Virus record (IMG/VR): IMGVR_UViG_3300045988_106398
Source: a virus
DNA: 37,362 nucleotides
Reading direction: 5' to 3' (one strand)
The translations under genes were made by a program, and so were the position numbers. Below the pieces are notes generated by a model. That model was not told the DNA's origin. It made no database searches and saw only the letters and a program-made list of their open reading frames with translations. Positions 14,908-22,778 of the stretch are shown here, in pieces. Each line of letters starts with the position of its first letter. The stretch's first letter is position 1.

Positions 14908-16454
14908 TTCTTTTTCCACCTTTCTATGTAAATTTCAACCAACCTTCTTGCTTTATCCGGCACTTCTTCACCGTTTCTTATTTTTACAAAAGCCTCTGCT
15001 ATCGTTTCAAATCCATCCTTTGCATCATCAGAATATCCTGAAACTCCTGGAACATATTCCTTTTCAACAGTATTTAAAAAAGTCTCAAATTCCTCTGCGT
15101 CTTCAATATGTTGTCCTGTCATTACGTGTGCCATTTCGTGAATAATATGGTCTGTTATACTTTTTCCTGAAAAATAACCATATGCATAGGCTCTGGCAAC
15201 TATTTCATCAAACCCTGTAAAATCAAATCCACTATTTAAAACAAATATTGATTCATGTTTTCCATTATTATTCGCATATCTACATAGATAAGGAATATCC
15301 AAACGCGAAGTTCCCAAATCTTCTACCAACACCCATTTTAAATTCAACTCATATTCATTTTCTATTATATTAATACCCTTTTGCATATTTTCAATCATAT
15401 TAGGAGTAATACCAGTAGCCCGTCTAAGTTGTTCTGGAATTATTATTTTCTTTATCATACCATAGTCAACATTTTTTACAACCTTTAATCTATCAGATAT
15501 TTTCTTTCCTTCACCATTTCCATGACGTTTCTCATAATCTTCAACAAACTTCTCCCTATCCGTAACACTTGGTGTTGCGGTACAATGGCACCACGGGTGC
15601 ATAGGTGGAAAGTTTATTCCCGGCTTTCTTTCACCCCATTTGAAACGTTTCTCATGCAAATCATCACAAATATCCGACCAACCGGAACGCCTTGCTTTAT
15701 AGTGCTGAATACGGAACACATATTCCTCTGTGTCCTGCTCAAATGCCACTGCTCTTGCTTCATTTGATATAAATGTACCTTCTGTGTAAATCAGCCGATA
15801 TGCGTCATTTCTGGACACTTTCTCAAATCTCTGTCTTAACTTCGAAACAAGTTTGCTATAACTGTCACCACGGGCAAATCCCGCAGCAATATCCCTTCCC
15901 AAATATCGTGCCAGTTTCTGAATATTTCCCCATATTCGTTCACTGAAATCTTTTCCGTCATACCACTTTGCATTTACAATTTTTCGTATGATTTCCGAAT
16001 TTTCCGAGTAAAAGTTCTTGCCGTACCCCATTGTTTCTGCTACCTGATTAGCATTGCGTACAGCCTGTCTTACAAGATGCTCCCTGACCGTCTTAATATC
16101 GACTGCACCGATTTCCAACTGCTGCATAAGTATTGACATCTGTAATCCTTCAAGACGGTTTAGTTTATATATACTTTCCCGTATAGGAAGCATATCCGCA
16201 TACTCAGGATACAGTTGAGCAAAGTCCTGCATTCTTTTGATAAGTCGTTCCCTATCCGCATCGTCCAAGTTCTGCATCAACTTTCTGTACTCGATAACCT
16301 TGTCCTCACCATATATGGAATAATATGCTGCTATTTCTTTTTCTAACTTTCTGTATTCTGCACTATAAAAGGACGAGAGTTTTTTCTTTAATTTCTTCTC
16401 GTCCTTTTCCAATTCCTGATTCAGTTGTTTCTGTCTCTTTTCCCAGTAGTTCAT
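14904..16454 (-). CDS. Minor head protein (SPP1 gp7 / Mu F family) fused to a C-terminal HExxH metallopeptidase-like domain
   Basis: The MuF motif NFPPMHPWCHCT lies mid-protein. The C-terminal ~190 aa contain HIIHEMAHVM and a downstream ETIAEAF. Follows the portal gene. Confidence 0.8.
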   Translation of the reverse strand: MNYWEKRQKQLNQELEKDEKKLKKKLSSFYSAEYRKLEKEIAAYYSIYGEDKVIEYRKLMQNLDDADRERLIKRMQDFAQLYPEYADMLPIRESIYKLNRLEGLQMSILMQQLEIGAVDIKTVREHLVRQAVRNANQVAETMGYGKNFYSENSEIIRKIVNAKWYDGKDFSERIWGNIQKLARYLGRDIAAGFARGDSYSKLVSKLRQRFEKVSRNDAYRLIYTEGTFISNEARAVAFEQDTEEYVFRIQHYKARRSGWSDICDDLHEKRFKWGERKPGINFPPMHPWCHCTATPSVTDREKFVEDYEKRHGNGEGKKISDRLKVVKNVDYGMIKKIIIPEQLRRATGITPNMIENMQKGINIIENEYELNLKWVLVEDLGTSRLDIPYLCRYANNNGKHESIFVLNSGFDFTGFDEIVARAYAYGYFSGKSITDHIIHEMAHVMTGQHIEDAEEFETFLNTVEKEYVPGVSGYSDDAKDGFETIAEAFVKIRNGEEVPDKARRLVEIYIERWKKK

Positions 16455-17966
16455 CTACATTTCCCCATTCAAAATCGAACGTGCCTCTTCTCTGCTAATT
16501 CCTATTGCAGTTGAAATAAGTCTAATCGCCTGTCCTTCTGTCAAACTTCCTGCACTGTATTGCGACATAATAGCAATTAAACTTTGTGTCTGTGCTACGT
16601 TCAGTGCTTTCCCTTGTATTTCAGTCACCCCCTCTGTAATAGAAACTATATCCTCACTCTCTTCATCATCTCTGCCTGTCGGATAGTCTGTGTTATACCC
16701 TAGCAAATCCTGCTCGGCATCTATCTTTTCTATTTCCCCTTTCACATCTTCTACTGTTGAAAGTACCTTCAGTTGGGTTTCTTTACTTGTAATGCCTGCA
16801 AGATTTCCCACTATCTGTGATTCTTCCAACAAGTTGGCCGGAAAATTCGGTGTGAAAACATATTTTAATTTTACCCATGAATCCTTTGGAACTTTTGACC
16901 TAGGGTGGCTAAACAATACCTTGTACCGACGATTCATGCCTGACGTGAACTTTCTCTCCTTTGTCTTTTCCAAGTTACTCATAGCCTGCAGTTTATACTT
17001 CAATGAAATTCCTGAACTTGCACCAAAATTTTCATCAGAAATATTTGCCACCATTGATAATTGAAAAATCAATCTCTCTAATCTGTTAAGAAGATTTTCC
17101 TGTGTACCGTCACCGCTCGGCTTGTCCATAAATTCTACGATAATCTTATCCACTTCATCTCCCGAAAAGTTTACAACACGTTTATCGCGGATAAATTCAA
17201 GGTCGCCATCTTTTAATTCAGCACCAAGCACCTTCATATATGCATCTGCAAAATAATCTACATCATTCGCTTTTTCACTGATTGCATTATTATAGGCATT
17301 AATCATCGTCAATACTGGTTCAAATATACTCTGCCGTTCTGCATTCTCCACAAACTCTGTCGCAGGCACTCCCTCAAAATAATGCGATTCCCACTCACTT
17401 GTCCAAATATACCCTCCTGAAACTTGAAAATACCTAACCTCTGTCCCGTTAGATATACTTCCTCTCTCTGTTTTATTGTAATCTGTATAGTACCTTACAA
17501 AAAACTGTGGTCTTTCAATAATAGATTCATCAAATATCATAAATGCTTCTGTCGGATCAAGATAAGTGGTACACAGTTCTGCCTCTTCATCTGCATAATA
17601 CATCTCGTACCCTTTTCCATAAATATCACATATCTTGGACAACTCTGCGTTGTTGTCATCTTGGTCATTGTATTGATTAAGAAATTCCACATACTCTAAC
17701 AAAGATTTATCTTCTGACGTAATTCTAATCGGATTTCCCAAAAAGAACCCGTTCATTGTATCAACTATATATTTTGCAAAATTTGCTACAATACGATTAT
17801 CTGGTTTATAATCCGGTTTCTTTTTTCTATGCAAAATTTCATAATCACTTGTATAAGCGTCCTGTAATGGCTTGTATCTTTTGCTGACCATTTTCTTATG
17901 CCTGTCTACAAATTCAGCCAGTAATTCCAATGTAATCTCTGTACCTGCTGGTAATATAAACATCAA
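16455..17966 (-). CDS. Portal protein (SPP1 gp6-like)
   Basis: 503 aa directly after terL. The NRIVANFAKYIVDTMNGFFLGNPI motif is typical of SPP1-type portals. Confidence 0.85.
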   Translation of the reverse strand: MMFILPAGTEITLELLAEFVDRHKKMVSKRYKPLQDAYTSDYEILHRKKKPDYKPDNRIVANFAKYIVDTMNGFFLGNPIRITSEDKSLLEYVEFLNQYNDQDDNNAELSKICDIYGKGYEMYYADEEAELCTTYLDPTEAFMIFDESIIERPQFFVRYYTDYNKTERGSISNGTEVRYFQVSGGYIWTSEWESHYFEGVPATEFVENAERQSIFEPVLTMINAYNNAISEKANDVDYFADAYMKVLGAELKDGDLEFIRDKRVVNFSGDEVDKIIVEFMDKPSGDGTQENLLNRLERLIFQLSMVANISDENFGASSGISLKYKLQAMSNLEKTKERKFTSGMNRRYKVLFSHPRSKVPKDSWVKLKYVFTPNFPANLLEESQIVGNLAGITSKETQLKVLSTVEDVKGEIEKIDAEQDLLGYNTDYPTGRDDEESEDIVSITEGVTEIQGKALNVAQTQSLIAIMSQYSAGSLTEGQAIRLISTAIGISREEARSILNGEM

Positions 17967-19240
17967 ATCCCTCCTGTTATCTTTCTGTTCAATCCTGAAC
18001 CCTTTTTCTCTAATTTTCTTATCAGACTTGCTGCCGAGTCAGGACTATCATCATGTTCCGCAAACTCTGAATAGTCCAGTATCTCGTTAATATACTCCGG
18101 GTCTGTTTCTTCAAACCACACTATGTTCTTCCAGTGTTTACGCAGATACGTTGATATTTTCACAAATTTGTTCATGCTCTCATGATACCCATGCACCGGA
18201 AGGAACATTGTTTTCAACTCCTTCTTCAAATAGCCTTTATCTGCATTATCCTCGCATTCTATTGTTCCAAGCCTGAACCTTTCGTGATAAGCATCAATCT
18301 CCGTCAAACAGTCCTCTACGTGCCTTTCCCACCGTTTTCCAAATGCTGCTATACGTCCGTCCTGTAACTTGTGCATTGCCGTAAATGCTGTTGCGTCCTC
18401 TCCGCCATACGCAGCATCTATATGCGCAATTCCGTTATATAACAAACTTTCATCCTCCATAAATTGAGGAGACGTAAACATAGCGTTTTTATCAGCTATA
18501 TGTTTTAACTCATAATTTGCAGCAAACAAACTGTCTGACATTGAACATCTGATTTCTTCCAACTTTCCTCTGTCTATCAATCCTGTCGAATAACAATCAT
18601 ACCGTTTTACATTCGGCATGATGGAAATCGCATCTTCTTTGTGCCACGGTGTTCCGGTATTAATAAAACGTCCATGTCTATTACAGATGTTTTGTAGTTC
18701 CATGTACTGCACCTTTGTTCTCTCGCGTTCTGCTCTGCTGATTCTGTCTTTTAGATTAACAATATCATCTGTAACGACTATATCCGCATGTTTACCTGTA
18801 ATGGATGTTCCAATACCAAGTCCAAGTATCTGACTGACTCCTTTTGTGAATGTGCAGAGGTTTGTATGGATTTCTGCATTGTTCGATTTCAAAAAATGAA
18901 TATAACAGCCATACAAAGCATATGTGATCGACTGCATAACATCTGATGACAATATTTTTTGCGCCTGAACCATCACTTCTACGACATCCGTATCAGTTTT
19001 TCTGAAAAACATAACATTTTCATTTGGTCGTTCCACCGTATGTAATGCAAGAAACAACGATAAATCCGTCGTCTTATAACTGCCCCTGTGAGCAAGCAGC
19101 GTCTGGTCTTTCTTTTCATACAAAAATGACCGAAGCCACTCATTGTGTAGCCTGGTCAAATCCTTAAACCCTAACCAATGTCCTATCTTATAAGGCGTTT
19201 CCGTCAGTAGTGTTATCGCCTGTTGCTTTGTAATTCCCAA
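17963..19240 (-). CDS. terL: Terminase large subunit
   Basis: 425 aa between terS and the portal gene. ATPase-like and nuclease-like halves (GSYKTT..., ADIVVTDD...). Overlaps the terS 3' end. Confidence 0.8.
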   Translation of the reverse strand: MGITKQQAITLLTETPYKIGHWLGFKDLTRLHNEWLRSFLYEKKDQTLLAHRGSYKTTDLSLFLALHTVERPNENVMFFRKTDTDVVEVMVQAQKILSSDVMQSITYALYGCYIHFLKSNNAEIHTNLCTFTKGVSQILGLGIGTSITGKHADIVVTDDIVNLKDRISRAERERTKVQYMELQNICNRHGRFINTGTPWHKEDAISIMPNVKRYDCYSTGLIDRGKLEEIRCSMSDSLFAANYELKHIADKNAMFTSPQFMEDESLLYNGIAHIDAAYGGEDATAFTAMHKLQDGRIAAFGKRWERHVEDCLTEIDAYHERFRLGTIECEDNADKGYLKKELKTMFLPVHGYHESMNKFVKISTYLRKHWKNIVWFEETDPEYINEILDYSEFAEHDDSPDSAASLIRKLEKKGSGLNRKITGGI

Positions 19241-19736
19241 AATATTCTTCCATTTCTCTCACAGTGTCTGATGCAGGTGTCACCTTCATGTCCAATTTAT
19301 CATTCCACATACCTAAATGACGTCCTAACATTTCCAACGCCTTTTCTTTATCATTCAATTTGATTTCAATTCCATTAGCTCCCTCTTTGATTCCTGCGAT
19401 TGCTCCTATCTGCTCTTCTGACAGTTCTGTAGTTGGCTTCACCATAACCACGCTATTTGTACCATCAACTTTAATTTCTACATAATCTGTTGCCCTTGCA
19501 AAAGCAATCGAAGCCAACTCTTGAAGCACCATATCCTGTGTGATTTCCGTTCGCTTTTGGCGTTCGTTCATTCGATCTGAAATATACCCTGCAACGTTAG
19601 CATTTGTTAGCATTCTGCTTCCATTTGCCCTCGCTGTTTCATCTTTCTTCACGGATGGATATGCCGCGCGGTAAGCCCGTGTAGCATTCAAATCAATCAA
19701 GTATTCATCTGCAAATATTTTCTGTTTTTCTGTCAT
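19188..19736 (-). CDS. terS: Terminase small subunit (Terminase_2 type)
   Basis: MTEKQKIFADEYLIDLNATRAYRAAY is the classic terS N-terminus. Start reassigned to this Met, preceded by RBS GGAAGGTGGTG. The longer track ORF runs into the tRNA. Confidence 0.85.
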   Translation of the reverse strand: MTEKQKIFADEYLIDLNATRAYRAAYPSVKKDETARANGSRMLTNANVAGYISDRMNERQKRTEITQDMVLQELASIAFARATDYVEIKVDGTNSVVMVKPTTELSEEQIGAIAGIKEGANGIEIKLNDKEKALEMLGRHLGMWNDKLDMKVTPASDTVREMEEYFGNYKATGDNTTDGNAL

Positions 19737-19774
19737 ATGGCTCACCACCTTCCAATCTATCAATTTTCTATCTC

Positions 19775-19846
19775 TGGATACAACAGGAATCGAACCTGTG
19801 ACATATTCCCTACGAGTGAAGTGCTCTACCACTGAGCTATGTATCC
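19775..19846 (-). tRNA. tRNA-like gene, anticodon loop CUCGUAG (Thr-CGU) with a weak anticodon stem
   Basis: Acceptor GGATACA/TGTATCC, D arm GCTC-AGTGGTA-GAGC and T arm ACAGG-TTCGATT-CCTGT are all canonical. The anticodon stem has only 3 Watson-Crick pairs. No CCA is encoded. Confidence 0.75.
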
Positions 19847-19883
19847 ATATTTGGGTATTAGAAAAGACGCCCTAATGGACGCC

Positions 19884-20030
19884 TTACATTTGTCTCATCT
19901 TCACATCAACTGCCTCTTTCCTGACATTGTGATGCTGGTTCTGATTCTCCGGCTTTACCTTCTCAGTAATGCTGTTGAATTCTTCATTGCTTTTCTTTCT
20001 GTTTAACTTCTCTTGATCCTTCTTATCCAT
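19884..20030 (-). CDS. Small highly charged hypothetical protein (48 aa, MDKKDQEKLNRKKSNEEF...)
   Basis: My own translation. RBS AGGTGAGGAA lies immediately upstream. Located between the cassette terminator and the tRNA. Confidence 0.4.
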   Translation of the reverse strand: MDKKDQEKLNRKKSNEEFNSITEKVKPENQNQHHNVRKEAVDVKMRQM

Positions 20031-20079
20031 TTCCTCACCTCGGATATAGTATGTGAGGAATGAGATGTTTTATGTATTG

Positions 20080-20100
20080 AAAAAGCACCCCGAAGGGTGC
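20080..20100 (-). terminator. Intrinsic terminator ending the two-gene cassette (GCACCC-UUCG-GGGUGC-UUUUU)
   Basis: Perfect 6-bp GC stem, UUCG tetraloop and U5. It starts 4 nt after the stop at 20105. Confidence 0.85.
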
Positions 20101-20104
20101 ATAT

Positions 20105-20749
20105 TTAATTGTTTGGTTCTTCATCTTTCTCTTTTTCTATAATTTCCATTACTCTTGTACCCGCGTGCATTTTGAAAAGCTGAAAAATGTTAAAAATAAA
20201 ACTTTTTATCTCCCACATTATATAAAAAGCGAAAAAGAAATATAAATTTAACAATAGTATTGCTAAAGCATTGTTATATATTCTTCTTTCAAAACATACA
20301 AAATCATTTGGAACAGCTCCTAAGCACAATGACAAAAACAAATTCAAAAGTATAAAAAACAGGCACAGCATCATCAAATTTACAAACTCCTCATTAGTCT
20401 CTTGCAATTTGCTTTTGTCTTTACCATTTTTTTCAGTTTTGCTATTCAACATACGAATCAATAAGTCATCATTGACCAAAGCTTGAAAAAACACATATCC
20501 TGTAAATACAATTCCAAATATCGCCAATAATATAGCATTAATTTTTTCTACTGAATTTTCAAAAAGATCAATCGTATCTTCAGAATAGCCAATTAGCAAT
20601 GCCGGAATCAATGCTACTAAGCAAATAAACAGGAATTTTTTAATCTCCTTTTTTGTGGGTTTTAAGCTCTCGAAAGATTCCAGCATTATTTGATCAGATG
20701 ATTGAGGTTCAAGCATTTTTTGTAATAAATCAATGTCGATTTTTTTCAT
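20105..20749 (-). CDS. Four-TM membrane protein of unknown family (cassette gene 2, candidate effector)
   Basis: Start reassigned to MKKIDIDLL, preceded by RBS GGAGGGTGAG. Hydrophobic helices FLFICLVALIPALLIGY, INAILLAIFGIVFTGYVFFQALV, FVNLMMLCLFFILLNLFLSLCLGAV and ALAILLLNLYFFFAFYIMW. Confidence 0.75.
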   Translation of the reverse strand: MKKIDIDLLQKMLEPQSSDQIMLESFESLKPTKKEIKKFLFICLVALIPALLIGYSEDTIDLFENSVEKINAILLAIFGIVFTGYVFFQALVNDDLLIRMLNSKTEKNGKDKSKLQETNEEFVNLMMLCLFFILLNLFLSLCLGAVPNDFVCFERRIYNNALAILLLNLYFFFAFYIMWEIKSFIFNIFQLFKMHAGTRVMEIIEKEKDEEPNN

Positions 20750-20772
20750 TCTCTCACCCTCCACATCCAATA

Positions 20773-21744
20773 CTATTTTTTAATAAAACCTATTATTTTA
20801 CTGCTGTTTCTAGAATATATTTCATTGTTATTTTCACTCACATATGTAATGCTTTCCAATTTTTTACCTTCTTCAATAATCTGTGATATTTCGTTTCTTA
20901 AATTCCCTTGTCGAATATCCAAATTCATACTCTCTGAAATTCTTTCATTTTTTATTCTTGTCTTTTTCTTCTTTCCGTCTTCAGTTCTATAGGTCACCTT
21001 GAATATCGGCTCTACAATCCCGTTAGATTTTTCAACTAAATCAATCACTTCTTCTATATTTCCAGGTGATTTTAAAATCAAATCTGTTTTCTTACAGCCC
21101 ACTGCTCTTCTGACATCATTTGATATATCTCCTAATATCCCACCAAAATCAATATCTCCATTTAATGGATAAAATCTTAAGCACAGTTCATTAATTTTTT
21201 CCACTTCTTTTAATGATTCTACCAATTTTTTCCTCATTGGAATACCCACTACATTTAATATAGGTATCGGAAGTTCTTTTTTATTTTTTCCCTTTAAGCT
21301 CTGATTTTCCTCTTTAACAAATCTATTCAAAAAATCTTTCGCTGTTGCCTTAAAATTTTGAATTGTCGGACTTCCCTTTTGATTTTTAACAAATAGCATT
21401 CTATGATTCTTTAAATAAATCACAAATATCGAGAATGGTGCAGACGGGTATTTTTCATCTTTTTCAATTATATCCCAATTCTCATCCACATCAGATTTTA
21501 CTTCTAAGACGGTTCTTTTAACTATTAAACCTGTTAAAACATATTCTCCATCTCTTGCTTCTTCTAAATTAATTTCCGTAAAAAAGAACTCAGAATCTCC
21601 TGCTTTTTTAATATACTTTGCAGTGAGTGCCGGCATAAAAATCGCATCAAAGTAATTTAGCAATGGTTCTTCACTTCCATTCTCGCCATAAAAAACCAAA
21701 TTAAAGTTTGCAACCATACTACTTTTCATGTTCTCTTGTTTCAT
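20773..21744 (-). CDS. 323-aa soluble protein of unknown family (cassette gene 1, candidate sensor)
   Basis: Start reassigned to MKQENMK, preceded by RBS GGAGGAAAG. I could recognise no Walker A, HExxH, HNH or other catalytic motif. AT-rich codon usage. Confidence 0.75.
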   Translation of the reverse strand: MKQENMKSSMVANFNLVFYGENGSEEPLLNYFDAIFMPALTAKYIKKAGDSEFFFTEINLEEARDGEYVLTGLIVKRTVLEVKSDVDENWDIIEKDEKYPSAPFSIFVIYLKNHRMLFVKNQKGSPTIQNFKATAKDFLNRFVKEENQSLKGKNKKELPIPILNVVGIPMRKKLVESLKEVEKINELCLRFYPLNGDIDFGGILGDISNDVRRAVGCKKTDLILKSPGNIEEVIDLVEKSNGIVEPIFKVTYRTEDGKKKKTRIKNERISESMNLDIRQGNLRNEISQIIEEGKKLESITYVSENNNEIYSRNSSKIIGFIKK

Positions 21745-21852
21745 ATTCTTTCCTCCACACACTTACATAAACAAAACCCTATAAACATAATACAAGATTT
21801 TTCATCATCATTCAACATGGTGTGACATTTATTTCACGTATGAAGTAAATCC

Positions 21853-21881
21853 ATTATAGAACGTCTGTTCTTTTTTGTCTA
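21853..21881 (-). promoter_or_regulatory. Sigma-70-type promoter of the two-gene cassette (TAGACA-17-TATAAT)
   Basis: On the minus strand, the -35 is TAGACA (21876..21881) and the -10 is TATAAT (21853..21858), with an exact 17-nt spacer. Confidence 0.65.
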
Positions 21882-21894
21882 TTGACAAAATTCA

Positions 21895-21929
21895 CAAAAA
21901 AGACACCTCACAATCTCTGCAAGGCGTCT
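21895..21929 (-). terminator. Intrinsic terminator after the late regulator gene
   Basis: Minus-strand AGACGCCU / AGGUGUCU form an 8-bp stem (one G-U pair) with a 13-nt loop, followed by UUUUUUGUG. Confidence 0.7.
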
Positions 21930-21992
21930 CTCTCAATGTATGTGTGTTTTGGGAAGAAAAGTCTAAAGTTAATTATAACTTTTCTAGAATAA

Positions 21993-22433
21993 TTATAGCA
22001 CACTATTTTTGTGCTTTGTGTGCAAATTGAGATAATTCGTAATTTTTTTCGATATTACACTCCGTTCCAATCCGATAACCTCCGCAACCTCTCTCTGCTT
22101 TTTCCCTTCTACATACAGCAATTCAAAAATCTCCTTAATCTCTACATCCTCTATCCCGTCAAGAAACTCTTCCACCTCTTGAATCTCTGCTACTACCTGC
22201 AGGCGTTCCGCTTCTTTTTTCCTGATTTGCTTGTTTATTCGCTCCTGCTCATCCGGATCAGGTATCATCACAGATGTCCTAACTTCCGTATAGGGAAAAT
22301 CTTTACTTGACCCACGAACCTTTCCCATCACTTCTCCTGCCGGCTCAGTCTCACAGAGTTCTGATATCCTCTCTTCTATACGCTTAAGTCTTGCTTTGTT
22401 CGGTCTGTACTTTTTCAGTTTTAACTTGTCCAC
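21993..22433 (-). CDS. Late gene transcriptional regulator (RinA/ArpU/sigma-region-4-like HTH)
   Basis: The C-terminal segment KQREVAEVIGLERSVISKKI is an HTH, and GSSKDFPYTEV is a typical mid-motif. Position is just upstream of the packaging genes. Start tentatively at the GTG after GGGAGGTGG; an ATG at 22463 is the alternative. Confidence 0.6.
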   Translation of the reverse strand: MDKLKLKKYRPNKARLKRIEERISELCETEPAGEVMGKVRGSSKDFPYTEVRTSVMIPDPDEQERINKQIRKKEAERLQVVAEIQEVEEFLDGIEDVEIKEIFELLYVEGKKQREVAEVIGLERSVISKKITNYLNLHTKHKNSVL

Positions 22434-22644
22434 CGGCACCACCTCCCTTAAGTCTTTCCTCATAAAAATCCGCCACACTACTATACTCTGCCAACTGTTT
22501 CCTCTCCTTGCGATGACTGCATGTTGTGTATGCTTTCCGCTGCATGTGCCACTTTGCGTTTTCACTCGGTCCTCGCTTTATAATATCATCAAAGGTCTTT
22601 TCTTCGTCCAGCTTTGCTTGTTTCCGTGTTCTTCCATAGCTCAA
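22384..22644 (-). CDS. Hypothetical basic protein (TTG start), 3' end overlaps the regulator gene
   Basis: RBS AGAAGGTGA lies before the TTG. The C-terminal ~17 codons overlap the regulator start in another frame. Coding status is uncertain. Confidence 0.35.
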   Translation of the reverse strand: MSYGRTRKQAKLDEEKTFDDIIKRGPSENAKWHMQRKAYTTCSHRKERKQLAEYSSVADFYEERLKGGGAGGQVKTEKVQTEQSKT

Positions 22645-22778
22645 ATTATCACCTTCTTTAATTTTTATATTTTTTTAAATAGCGTTAGATTTTTCAAGAT
22701 CGCGTGTATATATAGTAGAGGAGCCTATAATACTGTGAGGTCGGGGCAACGGCACTTAAGACCGTGCTCCGCTGTCCT

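Noticed and set aside
19737-19832. N-terminal extension of the terS track ORF (MVEHFTRREYVTGSIPVVSRD...).
   Set aside because: This stretch is the tRNA gene read as protein. The canonical terS N-terminus (MTEKQKIFADEY) starts at 19736 with a good SD.
19861-19885. Apparent hairpin gacgccctaatggacgcc after the 48-aa ORF.
   Set aside because: On checking, the two GACGCC elements are direct repeats, not inverted ones, so no stem can form. It is not a terminator.
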